Positions 27,470-40,250 of a DNA stretch of 64,000 nucleotides are shown one piece after another. Under the pieces are notes generated by a model. It had not been told where the DNA came from. It ran no database searches and was given only the letters and a program-made list of their open reading frames with translations. This DNA is from Octopus sinensis (Eukaryota). Both the position numbers and the translations under genes were made by a program. The stretch covers positions 6,386,001-6,450,000 of the forward strand of contig NC_043013.1 in assembly GCF_006345805.1 (NCBI RefSeq), in the 5' to 3' direction. Each line of letters begins with the position of its first letter. Position 1 is the first letter of the stretch.

Positions 27470-27872
27470 TCTCTTTTACTCTTTTACTTGTTTCAGTCAT
27501 TTGACTGCGGCCATGCTGTAGCACCGCCTTCAGTCGAGCAAATCGACCCCGGGACTTATTCTTTGTAAGCCCAGTACTTATTTTATCGGTCTCTTTTGCC
27601 GAACCGCTAAGTGACGGGGACGTAAACACACCAGCATCAGTTGTCAAGCAATGCTAGGGGGACAAACACAGACACACAAACACACTTACATATATATACA
27701 TATATACGACAGGCTTCTTTCAGTTTCCGTCTACCAAATCCACTCACAAGGCATTGGTCGGCCCGGGGCTATAGCAGAAGACACTTGCCCAAGATGCCAC
27801 GCAGTGGGACTGAACCCGGAACCATGTGGTTGGTTAGCAAGCTACTTACCACACAGCCACTCCTGCGCCTAC
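27470..27872 (-). mobile_element. Full-length SINE family A (other copies ~2385-2710, 16283-16645, 29825-30152, 36805-37210, 51085-51470, 52618-53050, 56174-56568)
   Basis: tRNA-like head with A/B boxes (GGCTGTGTGG..., GGTTCAGTCCC), conserved middle, internal (TA)n(TG)n, tail ...catggccgcagtcaaatgactgaaacaagtaaaagag. Confidence 0.92.
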
Positions 27873-28282
27873 CTCATATCTTTCGAAATTTCTAAATTCT
27901 TGTGATGTATATAGAGTTCTTGCTGGCGAAAAGAAAGCTTCTAAAAGGACAGAGAAAAACTTAGTATTACTTTGGGAAAACTGATTAGTACGTCTATTTA
28001 ATTTACAGAATGTGGATTCGAGTTCTAGTGGCAACTTTCGGTTATTTTTCATCCAAGGGTTTATTGTTATTTTAAACTTAATATTCTACACGATATCATT
28101 TATAACGTTATCTACAAGAACTTCAAGTCTTCTGTTGAAAAATAATTCTCCGTATTTAGTCGTACATTTTATATTGAATTTTGACTGAAAAATTGGGGTG
28201 CGGTTTATATAAGTAGCGAAGCTTGTTCTAAAACTGCTTCATCCTGTATCTGAAAAAATAAAAGATAAGAAATAGAAATAAA

Positions 28283-28708
28283 GGCGATCTTTCGTCTCTA
28301 GTAGACCTTTCCGTCGATTTCCGTAAAAAATTTTTTTTTTTTACATATGGGCTTGCGGGAACTTTTGAAGTAATGAGAGCGAAAGAGACTAAGAGAAAGC
28401 GATTGTATGACGAGGGAAATTCTTTTGAAGTTACCGTGCATGGACTCTCTCTGTCTCTTCACACACACTAACAGAAGCACTTCACTTACACAACATACTT
28501 TCTGTCTCCCACACCCCATCAAACACACACATGTACATCAATGCTCCCATGCACGGTAACTTCAAAAGAACTTCCCTCGTCATACAATCGCTTTCTCTTA
28601 GTCTCTTTCGCTCTCATTACTTCAAAAGTTCCCGCAAGCCCATATGTAAAAAAAAAAAAAATTTTTACGAAAATCGACGGAAAGGTCTACTAGAGACGAA
28701 AGATCGCC
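28283..28708. mobile_element. Long-TIR MITE with 8-bp TSD (Merlin- or Mutator-like)
   Basis: ~161-bp inverted arms (28283-28443 / 28547-28708) starting GGCGATCTTTCGTCTCTAG; GAAATAAA duplicated at 28275-82 and 28709-16. Confidence 0.85.
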
Positions 28709-29387
28709 GAAATAAAAATAAAAAATAAAAGATCATTAATCAACTAATTTGCCACAAGCACTGGGGTAGAAATAACAGCGAAGATTGCCTTCAAGTCATA
28801 TCTTACCAGTTTTAAAAATGGAAGGACAGCGTTTTAGAACTATGTCATCTTGTTGATGAAGGAATAAGAGAGAAAAAATTAAGAGACAGAATGGTTACGA
28901 ATGGAACATTGATCATAAGTCTACACGTTGATAGTTAACTGGGGGGGGGGGCTAAATTACTCTTTATCTCGACATATACGTAAGTGATTTAGATATGCTA
29001 GAAATAATAGCTAAATCTCCTTCAAATTATACCCTATTGTTTTAAAATAGGAATTACGTGTCATTAATATTTAGTAGAAGCAACAGAGTGAATCAAGGCC
29101 CGAGAGTTTCGTGTGTGACACATATCAAACACACACGCACATGTATATGTGTGGTGCTTGTCTCTCTCCACCGCTTGACAAATGGTGTTGGCTTGTTTAC
29201 GTTCCCGCAACTTAGTAGTTCGGCAAAAAGACCCGATAGAATAAGTGCCAGATTAAAAAAAAAAAAGTACTCGGGTAGATTTGATAGACTAACCTTTAAG
29301 TATGGTGCTCTAGTGTGGCCGCAGTCCAACGATTGAAAAAAAGAGTAAAAGGTAATAGAAACAAATTCTGGAAGGAATACACACACA

Positions 29388-29785
29388 TATATATAAAGCT
29401 GAAGTTGTCTGTCTGTGTGTGGCAAGTTTGGTAGCCTTCAACTAACACTATCTCCTCCGAGACCCTGCGGCGTAAGTTTGACCAAAAATTGAGAGTATGA
29501 TAGAAGAAGGCTTGCTCTTCCTTTCGTAGAAGAAAAAATTAATTCAAATCGGACCATGTTAACACCAAAAATTATTTACATCAAAAACGTGCTTTTTTTT
29601 TTCTATGAAAATCCCTATTCTTTACGATTTTTTGACTGGTGCGTCGCCATTTTTTGGTGTATTTCAACCAGAAAAATGTCCACTTAAAGAGAATAACAAG
29701 CTACATATTGCATAATTTTTACTTTTCAAAAATTCCAATTTTAAAGGGTCGAAACAAACCCGCGCAACGCCGGGCGATACTGCTA

Positions 29786-29786
<1 letters not shown>
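29388..29786 (+). mobile_element. Non-autonomous Helitron (different internal sequence)
   Basis: Start tatataaagctgaagttgtctgtc; end cccgcgcaacgccgggcgatactgCTAG|T. Confidence 0.8.
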
Positions 29787-29827
<41 letters not shown>

Positions 29828-30019
29828 TTTACTTGTTTCAGTCATTTGACTGCGGCCATGCTGGAGCACCGCCTTTTTAATCGAGCAAATCGACCCCGGG
29901 ACTTATTCTTTTGTAAGCCCAGTACTTATTCTATCGGTCTCTTTTGCCGAACCGCTAAGTAACGGGGACATAAACACACCAGCATCGGTTGTCAAGCAAT
30001 GCTAGGGGGACAAACACAG

Positions 30020-30097
<78 letters not shown>

Positions 30098-30160
30098 GAC
30101 GGGCTTCTTTCAGTTTCCGTCTACCAAATCCACTCACAAGGCTTTGGTCGGCTTATATAT

Positions 30161-30196
<36 letters not shown>

Positions 30197-32341
30197 AAAG
30201 AAAGATAACAAATAGATAGCTGACGTCGAGATCAGAACACAAATAAGCGAATACCGTTTTGACCGACATGTAACGGATATCGCCCATCTGTCTCACTCCT
30301 CTCTCTTTTAGGACCTGTTAATATATTAACATTTTTTCATGACGAGATTAGTTTTAGTGTTGGCGGGAAATTAGTTGATTAATAATACTGAAGGTTGTAA
30401 AAGATAACATGAAGAACATTTACAATATTTAGAGGCCCAAATATTCCAGTTTTCCGGGTTTTTAAACAATCACTTTGGAATCCTTAAAGTAAGCTTCACA
30501 ACTGTTAACAGTCCCTTTTTTTTCAAATTATTCTAATTTAAAATTAAAAAAAAAATTTAGAAATATTTCCCGTTTTCTTAAAATGTAAAATATTTTTTTT
30601 TTGCTTTCTACACATCTTGGCGAGGGTAAAGAATACGCACACCACCCGTTTTTGGCGTAACCAAAACCTTAACCCTAAACTCCGTGTGGGCGTATTCTTT
30701 ACCTTCAACCACGTCTTTTAGCTTTTAGAAAGTACAAAGCCGATTTAAAATTTCTCTATCGAATTTTCGTTAAAGTATAAAATCTAACGGCTCTCATACA
30801 ATATCAGTGGTTAGTTGCGTTTTGTTAATAAATTGTACTTTTAACCCATACATTTTTTTTTGAATAAAGGATTCAACAAAGAACACTGTCAATGCTTATT
30901 ATTCTCGTAACGATGTGGTGTGTGTGTGTAGACACGAAGCCTGACATTTCAGAGAAGGTTTACTTGTCGATAACATCGACCCCAGTGCCCAGCTGGTGAT
31001 TATTTCATCGATCCTGAAAGGATGAGACACAAAGTCAACTTCAGCGTTACTCGAACTCTGAATGTAAATTTTGTCCGGCAAAACCTAGCAGCATTCGAGG
31101 ATTGGATCTGAGATCGCAAATGGTCGCATTTGAAAACTACCACTTGACATTGTGGTCATTGATTCTGTTAAGCGAAAACCTTTCTTGTTATCTCTTACCT
31201 ATCAATTATTGATTTCTCATACATGTAAGAGGCCGTACATCTTTGGTAAGGATTTAATCGACCAAATTATTTCTAGTATCGGATTACTTTTTTTTTTATC
31301 GATCATTGTAGGACGAAGAGTTAAGTCTACTTTGAATCCAGAACGTAAAGGGCCGTGATGTTTGCCCTCCTTTTTTCTTTTGTTAAATATATTCTTGTTT
31401 ATATTACAAAAACAAAAAAAAACACGCACACGCACACAATACATTTTTTTTTCATCTGCTCTGACACTTCTAAACCACTTTCAGTTCTTAAAAGAGGGCG
31501 ATCGATAGACAAAATCGTTTAAGCATCAAGAAATACTTTGTGATAGTTTACACTGACTAGAAATAACAACCAAATAACCACGTTATTAATAAAGGTAACC
31601 TTGTCATGACCATCTCATCTTGTTTTAATATCGAGGATAACATAATGGAATGTGCTTCTCTACTTGAAAACGTTAAGGCATAATTCAACTATTTTGCAAC
31701 AGAAATTGGATATGACCCCTCAAAATTTCATTACCCTTAAATGCGGAAAGCAATTTTATGTCCCAGTCTACCTTTTGTTGAGGAATATCATATTTGAAAC
31801 TATTTTTCTGTTGAGATATGTCATACTTACTGAGGCAACGTTACTTGCAGAATATAGCTATACCAGTTCTACTTTTTGCTAGATATTTAACATTACTGAA
31901 CTAACAATGAAATTTAATCCCGCTGTTAATAGGTTAAAGGAGATTTCTGGCTGTTATTTCTTGCTTACTACGCTGCGAGTTCGAATCCTACCGAAATCAG
32001 TCTTGCCTTTCATCCTTCCGGTGGTGTCGATAAAATAAAATACCAGTCGACTAAACTTTCCCACAAAATCTGATCGTGTATCTATATTAGAAATTACAAT
32101 TAAATAAAAGTATTAATAATCCTTTCTAATATAGGCACAAAGCCTGAAATTTTATGGGGAGGGGTAAGTCGATTACTCCATTACTTGACTGGTACTTATA
32201 TCATCAGCCCTGGAAAGATGAAAGGCCAAGTCGACCTCGGCGGAATTTGAACTCAGGACGTAAGGACGAACGCAACACTGCTAAGCATTTTGCCCGGCGT
32301 TCTAACGCTTCTGCCAGCTCGCCGTTTTAAAAATTACAAGA

Positions 32342-32379
32342 TCCCATGACGGAAATCGAACCCGGATCGCCTGGATGAA
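32342..32379 (-). pseudogene. 3' half of a tRNA-Glu(TTC)-like sequence
   Basis: TTCATCCAGGCGATCCGGGTTCGATTTCCGTCATGGGA parallels eukaryotic tRNA-Glu TTCACCCAGGCGGCCCGGGTTCGACTCCCGGTATGGGA. 5' half absent, T-stem mismatch, no CCA. Confidence 0.65.
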
Positions 32380-33697
32380 GTAATGAGACTAAAAACAGAA
32401 TTTTTCTCTCTGTTTTCACTGTATTACCATGACTTCTGTTGTAGTTGTTGTTCGAAAGTCCATACCGGATTGTCAATGACAGTCACATGACGAACTATTT
32501 CAACCAATGAAAAACAAGCTAGAGTTCACGTCATAATTTCTTGGAAAAATACGTGAAACAGTTTCACTTTAATCGAAGTTCTCGTCATTCACATAATTCT
32601 TCTTTACTCAGAATCTATCTTCTGGAGCTGGTATTTTATGTCTTATACATATTCTACTACTCATATAGATATATATATATACAGTTGATAAATCATCCCG
32701 GTAAGTTTCTTAATTTCTCACTTAATTACATTTTTATACCATCTAAGAGTTTTGTTTACTTTCTTAATTACTATCAACACGTTATTTTATATAAATAGGT
32801 ATTTTTAAAATGTCACTTTTACGAATACAAACACTCGGCAGATGCGTAAAATCTTGTATAATTATAATCAAACTGCGTAATAAGTTTCGATATCAACGAA
32901 AACGAAATGAAAAGTTTCATCCCTTTTTTAGACTGAAAGAACATGTAATCTTCTCCAAGCAGACCTAAAATCTAAAACTATCATATACGAACTATAAAAT
33001 CAAATAGACAATACCAGAGATTATTTCTTAAAGATGTCCTAGCTACATACAAACTGTGAGTTCTTGCAGCCACTCGACAACAACGTACCTCTATATGGCC
33101 ACTCGACCTGCTAGAAATAGCAGTCAAACCATTTTCAGAAAGCATCCTATATCTTTAGAAAATGAAACTTATTGGCTGATCTACTGCAATGCAGTGACCG
33201 AAAGAGAAATTAAAATAATGATTACAAAAAAGATGGTTACAACGGAACGTCTTTGATCATAGGTCGGTTTGATTACATCGGCCTCAGCTAAAAACATCCA
33301 AAACAAGAAGATACAAAATGATTTTTACATTTCAAAACTGATTCGATTAATAATAATAATTACTTACCGAAACATCACATACCCCACAACCGCAGAAAAA
33401 TTAACCCCTTCGCTTTCATACCAGTTGATTCCATTTGAACTTTCGTTCGATTTTTTAAAGGCCTTTGCATCGTTTTGTGTCGAGTGTTATCTGCTCGCAT
33501 CCACACCTCATCAAATGTATTTATTTTAATTGTTCATTCCTCTTAATATCTTATAATTAACTTTAAAGTAATTTACTAATGAATGTAGATGCTTCACACG
33601 CACGTATGCATCTATCTGGCAAAGTATTTGTGTATGTGTGTGTGTAATGTACATATCTATGTGAAACTCTCTTTAAGTCACTTTGTAGCCTCTGACG

Positions 33698-33745
<48 letters not shown>

Positions 33746-34812
33746 TGTGTGTGTCTTATTTCGTCTGCCTTTACGTTCTGAGTTCAAATTCCGCCCAGGT
33801 CGACTTTGCCTTTCATACTTTCGGGGTCGCTAAATTAAGTACCAGTTGCGTACTGGAGTCGATCTCGTCGACTGGCCCCCTCCCCCAAAATGTCGAGCCT
33901 TGTGCCTAGAGTAGAAAAGATTGTATGTGTGTGTGTATACATGTATATATATATATATATAATATATATATATATATGTATGAATGTGACATTCGGTTTA
34001 TTCAAGAGACAGTCATAAGCAAATAAGGGACATCGATCGAAATATGTTGAAATATCTCTGCGGCATAACTTTAGAGGAAGGGTTATTGCTGAAAAATATT
34101 CTTAAAAAGTGTTTTAAATTTTACATGGTTATATTTATAATCTTTATCGATCTTGTCACTTAATCTATCCAAACGTTAAACAGTTAAAATAAGAAGAAAA
34201 AGCAAATGTATGTATGTGTAGTGAAATATATTTTGTATATTTTTGCTTGCATTAAAGTATTACCAACACTTAATGTTCGTCATTGTTTATATATATACAT
34301 ATATTCATACATGTCAAATTTTCTTTATGTATTTAGGGTGTGTTTGTTAGTTATATGTGCATTTATTTTTGTAGATCGAGTCCTTCTACCATATATAAAC
34401 GTGTGTTTGGTGTAATGTGTTCGTATGCTATGCATATGCATACGTGCATAACGTAAATAAGAAGAATTAACGGCGTGTATATATATATATATATATTTTT
34501 AGTCATAGGCATTCAAAGCTTCAATTTTTAAAAATAATCTAGCAAAAAATTTGACATATTTCAAGTGATTGGAAAAATTCAATAAGGTTTCCTGTTGAAC
34601 GGCACATGTCAGCACAATTTCTAGTTAACTATACACTTTAAAACTTCGTATATACATATATATATTTGATAAATTTTACACACACACACATCCATTTTAT
34701 TTGCAAAGTTTAAGGAAACTCCTCTCTGGAGATCCACAGCTGGAGTGAAAAGATGTACAATCATTGAGAGAGAAAGAGACCACGAACAAATTACACACCC
34801 ACATATCACATC

Positions 34813-34850
<38 letters not shown>

Positions 34851-34899
34851 TCGTTGCAGCTATAGAGGCGTTGCACCGACTCACAATATAAGCAATGTT

Positions 34900-35650
34900 G
34901 CTTAAGATGTCACCATCTCTTTCGTTATTTATGAAGACATTTATTTATGTGTGTAAATGTGTGGAACTGCGGTGTGTTTTCGAGGAAATGGGGACAATGT
35001 AAAAAGAGGATTGTTATGAAATACCGAAACGAAAAAAAGTCTTTTTTTTTGTTACAAAGGTGTTACTTGCTGTAGTTGAAAACAGGAAGTTCATTTCTGT
35101 TGACTCGACTCTTCAACATCAATATACATCTTCAAACTTGTTTTTTTCTTTTGTTTTAATTACTGTTTCTAATTAAATACTTTAAAATTATCCAAATGTT
35201 TCTTTTTCTACCCTCGTAGCACACGTGCTTTTTAAAATGAAAGTATTTTTATTTTATCCCTTATAGCAAACACTATTAAATTTTTCGCTTCGGTAATTCA
35301 TGTGAACCATGATGTTTTTTTTATACATTCTCCAATTTATTTGAAATTAAGCCGTAATTCACGTTTATCGTTAGAATAAATAAACAAGTCTGTGCTACTT
35401 TGGACGTCCCACAGTCAACCATTGTCACCGATCTCTGTCGCTCGTTCGTTGTACATAGAAGGAGCCGTAGTGTTGAGACTTCAGGACATTAAAAGGATTT
35501 TTTTTCACTCTCCCTTTGCCTTTTCTTCTGCTATGACTGAAGACTAGGAGTTGTGGATGAAATTTAAGCTCCTTTCCAGGCAAGCTTTTCGGCCTTTCTC
35601 TGTAAGAAGGAGTGGCTCCCTGTTGTCAGCGTAATTGGTTTCTTACTGCC
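34900..35650 (+). promoter_or_regulatory. Repeat-free island; possible promoter / non-coding first exon (perhaps of STAT)
   Basis: Unique sequence among repeats with an ETS-like ACAGGAAGT (~35082) and donor-like GTAAGA (35602) and GTAATT (35631). STAT coding exon 1 has an acceptor, so an upstream exon must exist. Linkage not demonstrable. Confidence 0.25.
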
Positions 35651-36145
35651 TGACAAAAACTAGAAACTTGTTAAATTTCTTTGAAACCACTTGAAGCAGG
35701 GAAAAAAAAGGTTTGGTCAATGTTTACATCTTGACCCGAAACATTAACCATTTGGTTAATGTTCACATCTTGAACGTTTACCAAAAAGGTTTCGTTAACC
35801 AAAAATGTTCACCAGATTTTTTTTTTTCAGCATTTAAAGAATAAAATTTTTTTTTTTTTACGCTGATGTTACTTCTTTATATTAATTTCTAGAAAATATG
35901 AATGCGATTTTAGTCATTGGCATTCAAAGCTTCAATTTTTTAAAATAATCTAGCAAAAAATTTGACATATTTCAAGTGATTGGAAAAATTTACTAGGATC
36001 CCCAAACAGTTTATTTTGTGGCGGCCTTAACTGTTGCATCCGTGGAGAAAAATCGAAATTGCCTTGGGCTTTCAGTTTCAGCTTCGTAAAAAAACGGTGA
36101 CAGAGCTGCTATGATATATGCATATATATATATATATATATATTA

Positions 36146-36655
36146 CTAGCAGTATCGCCCGGCGTTGCTCGGGTTTGTAAGGGAAATAACTATATAAGCA
36201 TTTTTAGAGAGTTACTTCCCTTATAGATGCCAATTCGGGCTTTCTTAGCCATTTCTGTTTTGGCGTCTTCAAGCCATGAAGTCGTTGTTCTAAAAGAACG
36301 CTGGTCTCCTTGACAACGCATTACGACGTTGATTTCCTTACACTCCCTTCCCCACAGCTTCACGAGGGAGGGAAGGGGGAGAAGCAAACAGGTGCAGCTG
36401 TGACCATGGACGCCAACTCCGCCGCCATCGACACACGAAAAATTATGCATTAAAATGGAATAAAAAATGATGTTAAATTATTTTTAAAATCGTAGACTCA
36501 TCGTAGACGCGCGCTAATACCCAGACGGGCTCGATATTAATCACGACTATAAGATACCCGAATTTGGTTAAACTGCACCGCAAAATGTGGGAGGAGTTAG
36601 GAATCTAAATCGAAGGGGACAGACACTCACACAACTACAGTTTTATATATATAGA
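36146..36655 (-). mobile_element. Non-autonomous Helitron with an extra ~215-bp GC-richer internal segment
   Basis: TC...CTAG termini, A|T target; segment ~36225-36440 is absent from the copies at 12170 and 25055. Confidence 0.87.
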
Positions 36656-37852
36656 TTATTATATCTTGTTTGTTTTGAGTCGAGACAATAAAACAAGTCA
36701 TTGGAGGCGTTAATATGATTTGACCGTGTTTGTTTACTTAGCATGTTTATATATGTATATAGCGGAGTGATACACGTGCGTATTCGTTCTATTCAGAGCT
36801 CATACTCTTTTACTTGTCAGTCATTTGACTGTGGCCATGCTGGAGCACCGCCTTTAGTCGAGCAAATCGACCCCAGGACTTATTCTTTGTAAGCCTAGTA
36901 CTTATTCTTTGTAAGCCTAGTACTTATTCTATCAGTTTCTTTGCCGAACCGCTATATTACAGAGAAGTAAACAACAGCAGCGGTTGTCATGCGATGTTGG
37001 GAGGGGGGACAAACACAGACACACATACATATATATATATACACACACATGATGGGCTTCTTTCAGTTTCTGTCTACCAAATCCACTCACAAGGCTTTGA
37101 TCGGCCCGAGGCTATAGTGGAAGACACTTGCCCAAGGTGCCACGCAGTGGGACTGAACCCGGAACCATGTGGTTGATAAGCAAGCTACTTACCACACAAC
37201 CACTGCTATGCTTATATTGTCTACCAAATGCGCATAACAAAATAGAGCTAATCATAGAAATATATATATGTGTGCACAGCACGCACATACATGCACACAT
37301 GTACATATGCGTACACAAGTTTTTTTCATTGTCTCTCTGTTTATTTTCTCTTATTCCTTTCTGTTGAAGAGCGTAGGCTTGAAATGTAAAAGACTTTTTC
37401 ATTTTCCCAAGTGTCAAACTGATACACTTGCTTGTTGATACACATGTCTTTGTCTTTTGTTTTTCTATAAATTTCATCTATCTATGTGTGTGTTCGTCTC
37501 CCTTCCATCGCTTTATAACCAATGTTGGTATGTTTTTATCCCTGTAACTTAATGGTTCAGCAAAAGAGTCCAATAGAATAAGCCCTAGGCTTACAAAGAA
37601 TGAGTCCTGGGGTTGATTTCTTTCACTAAAACCCTATTAGGTGGTGCTTATTTCATCCTTTTGGAGGATCCCAAAACGTGGTTTCTAACAAAGATTCTTC
37701 ATATTTTGCTGGTAGCTTACTGGGTAAGATTTTTGCGAATATGAAATTACTATTACAAGTATATGGTGTGTTATGGGAATTTATGGAAAGGTGGTATCCC
37801 ATAGAAACACAAGAATGAAGAAGAGATGTTGAAATATATAAAAGAATTTTGT

Positions 37853-38222
37853 ATCATCATCATCATCGTTTAACGTCCGTTTTCTGCGCTAGCACGGGTT
37901 GGACGGTTCGACCGGGGTCTGGGAAGCCAGGGGCTGCACCAGGCTCCAGTCTGATCTGGCAGAGTTTCTACAGCTGGATGCCCTTCCTAACGCCAACCAC
38001 TCCGCGAGTGTAGTGGGTGCTTTTTACGTGCCACCTGCACAGGTGCCAGGGGGGTCCGGCATCGGCCACGATCGGTTGGAGCTTTTAATGTGCCACCGGC
38101 ACGGAAGCCAGTCGGGGCGGCGCTGGCTGGCATCAGCCACGTTCGGATGGTGCTTTTTATGTGTCACCGGCACAGGAGCCAGTCGGGGCGGTCTGGCATC
38201 AGCCACGATCGGATGGTGCTTT
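37853..38222 (-). mobile_element. SINE family C with (GAT)n RTE-type tail and internal tandem subrepeats (others ~41900-42330, 43450-43770, 53080-53240, 59570-60155, 62290-62580)
   Basis: Conserved tggttggcgttaggaagggcatccagctgtagaaac core and ...ccaacccatgctagcatggaaa.cggacgttaaacgatgatgat tail. Confidence 0.75.
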
Positions 38223-38689
38223 CGATGTATGTATTATGTATGTATTAAAATTCTTTTTTATATTTCAACATCTCTTCTCCATTTTTAACATATTTGTTGA
38301 GTTTCTATGGGATACCTTTCCATAAATTCTTGTAACACACACACCACACACACACACACACTCTCACACACACACACACTCACAAATTACAATTCATAAA
38401 TCTTTCCCTCTCCTCATAAAAAGAAATACACTCACTCACATAAATTGAAATGGAGAAGATGAAAGAAACATTAATAAAACATTTAATGTCAAGTGGATCA
38501 GAGTCTGATCAGCAATGCTAAAATGGTTGTGCCAAAATGTCTCATACCTGCCAAGTTCTTAGTTCTCTGCAATCTGTGATGCCAAGATATCATTGTCAGA
38601 CTGGCTGACAAGGTGGATCCATCATAGTTGGGTGATGTGATGTCTTCTAAAAAAACAGTTATTCTAACAGTTTCATAACCCTGTTTTCT

Positions 38690-39100
38690 TATTATTGCCC
38701 ACAAGGGGCTAAACGTAGAGGGGACAAACAAGGACAGACAAAGGGATTAAGTCGATTAGATTGACTCCAGTGCCTAACTGATACTTAATTTATCGACCCT
38801 GAAAGGATGAAAGGCAAAGTCGACCTCTGCGGAATTTGAACTCAGAACATAACGGCAGACGAAATACCTATTTCTTTACTACCCACAAGGGGCTAAACAC
38901 AGAAGGGACAAACAAGGACAGACAAACGGATTAAGTCGATTATATCTACCCCAGTGCGTAACTGGTACTTATTTAATCGACCCTGAAAGGGTGAAAGGCA
39001 AAGTCTACCTCGGCGGAATTTGAACTTCGAATGTAACCGCAGATGAAATGCCGCTAGACATTTTGCCCGGCGTGCTAACGTTTCTGCCAGCTCGCTGCCT
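38690..39100 (-). mobile_element. SINE family B, head-to-tail partial dimer (other copies ~3300-3440, 32150-32325, 33770-33920, 48700-48930, 50845-51075, 57430-57760)
   Basis: tRNA-like head ggcgagctggcagaa...gagttcaaattcc and central gtcgactttgcctttcatcctttcggggtcgataaa domain. Confidence 0.88.
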
Positions 39101-39149
39101 TCCAACAATTTCATAACCCAGCAGCTAATAGTTTCATGACCCTGTTTTC

Positions 39150-40150
39150 TATCACTCCCTATCCTATGATCCTACCAACAACTTGTGTACTCCACTGCCT
39201 ACTTGAATCATCTGTTCCTCCTCTTTACTACCCAACACTGGTACCCTCTCGTCCACTCACCTTACACCTCCACCATCTACATCCCACCCCCTCAAATTCA
39301 TAAACTTAACTATTCTAGCTGTGCCCTTGTCTCTACCTGTAATTGCCCTACCAAACTGGTTTTCATATATCTTGACCTCTTTCCTCACCCCTGATGACTT
39401 CCCTTCTTTCCACATCCATGCCTTCCTCCTCTTCGGCTCCTTCTTCTCTTGTTCTTTAACTCCCTGTACATCATCATCCCTCACAATGACAAATTTTCTC
39501 CCCCTTCAGTGTAACCCCCCAATCATTATACTACTCTCCAATCCAGTATCTCCATCTTCTCTAAATTCATCCTTGCCCTCAATTGCTTATCTTTTGCAGG
39601 AGAGATTTACCTACAAATATCAGGTAGTTATGGGAACCAGAATGAGCCCTAACTATCTGAAATTGTTTACTTGTTACATTGAGGCCCAGTTCTTGTCATA
39701 GTTCCCTGGCCCTATCCCAGAGCTCTATGGCCATTTTATCAACAACTACATTAGCATTAACATTCTCTCGTATGACCAAGTCAACACCATCATCTCTTCA
39801 CCAACTCATGAATTCACTTCCTCCATCTTTGACACCTCTCCTATCTTCCATGATGTCTCTGACGCCATTGCCTCCATCCCCACCCTCCTCTCACTTATGT
39901 CATCCTATACTCCCTATTTCTGTCATCACTGTGACTCAAGACCCAGTTCTGATGCATAGTCTGGTTCTTCACTCAGCAAATACCTTCCATCCTAATCCAA
40001 GTTGTCCTCATCCACACCCATGGATGTTGACCCCCATCACTGCCCTTGCCCCACATCTGTCCCATTATTGTCTTCTCTTTCCACTCTCATATCCTTCCCA
40101 TGTACAACCCTGTATACCTTCTAATTCTGCCAATTTGACTCTTCCGCCTC
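39150..40150 (+). pseudogene. Highly decayed Penelope-like RT
   Basis: Fragments TIYIPPPQIHKLN..ALVSTCNCPT (cf. LPKIHK..GRPIVS.C), VVMGTRMSPNYLKLF (cf. G.AMGT.MGPSYANLF) and SYPSHVQ (cf. SSHPSHVK). Confidence 0.65.
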
Positions 40151-40250
40151 CCACTCTTTCCCTAACCCACCCCTTCCCTGAAACCTGCATAACTTACTGG
40201 TTTGTTGCTTCTTCCATATCCTGTCTGAGACCAGATGCCTGTGGGAACTC

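Noticed and set aside
26994-28260. Possible transposase remnants in AT-rich sequence
   Set aside because: No motif I could identify with confidence.
34979-34987. TTCGAGGAA as an autoregulatory STAT (GAS) site
   Set aside because: TTC-N3-GAA is expected by chance many times in 64 kb of AT-rich DNA; no clustering or conservation data.
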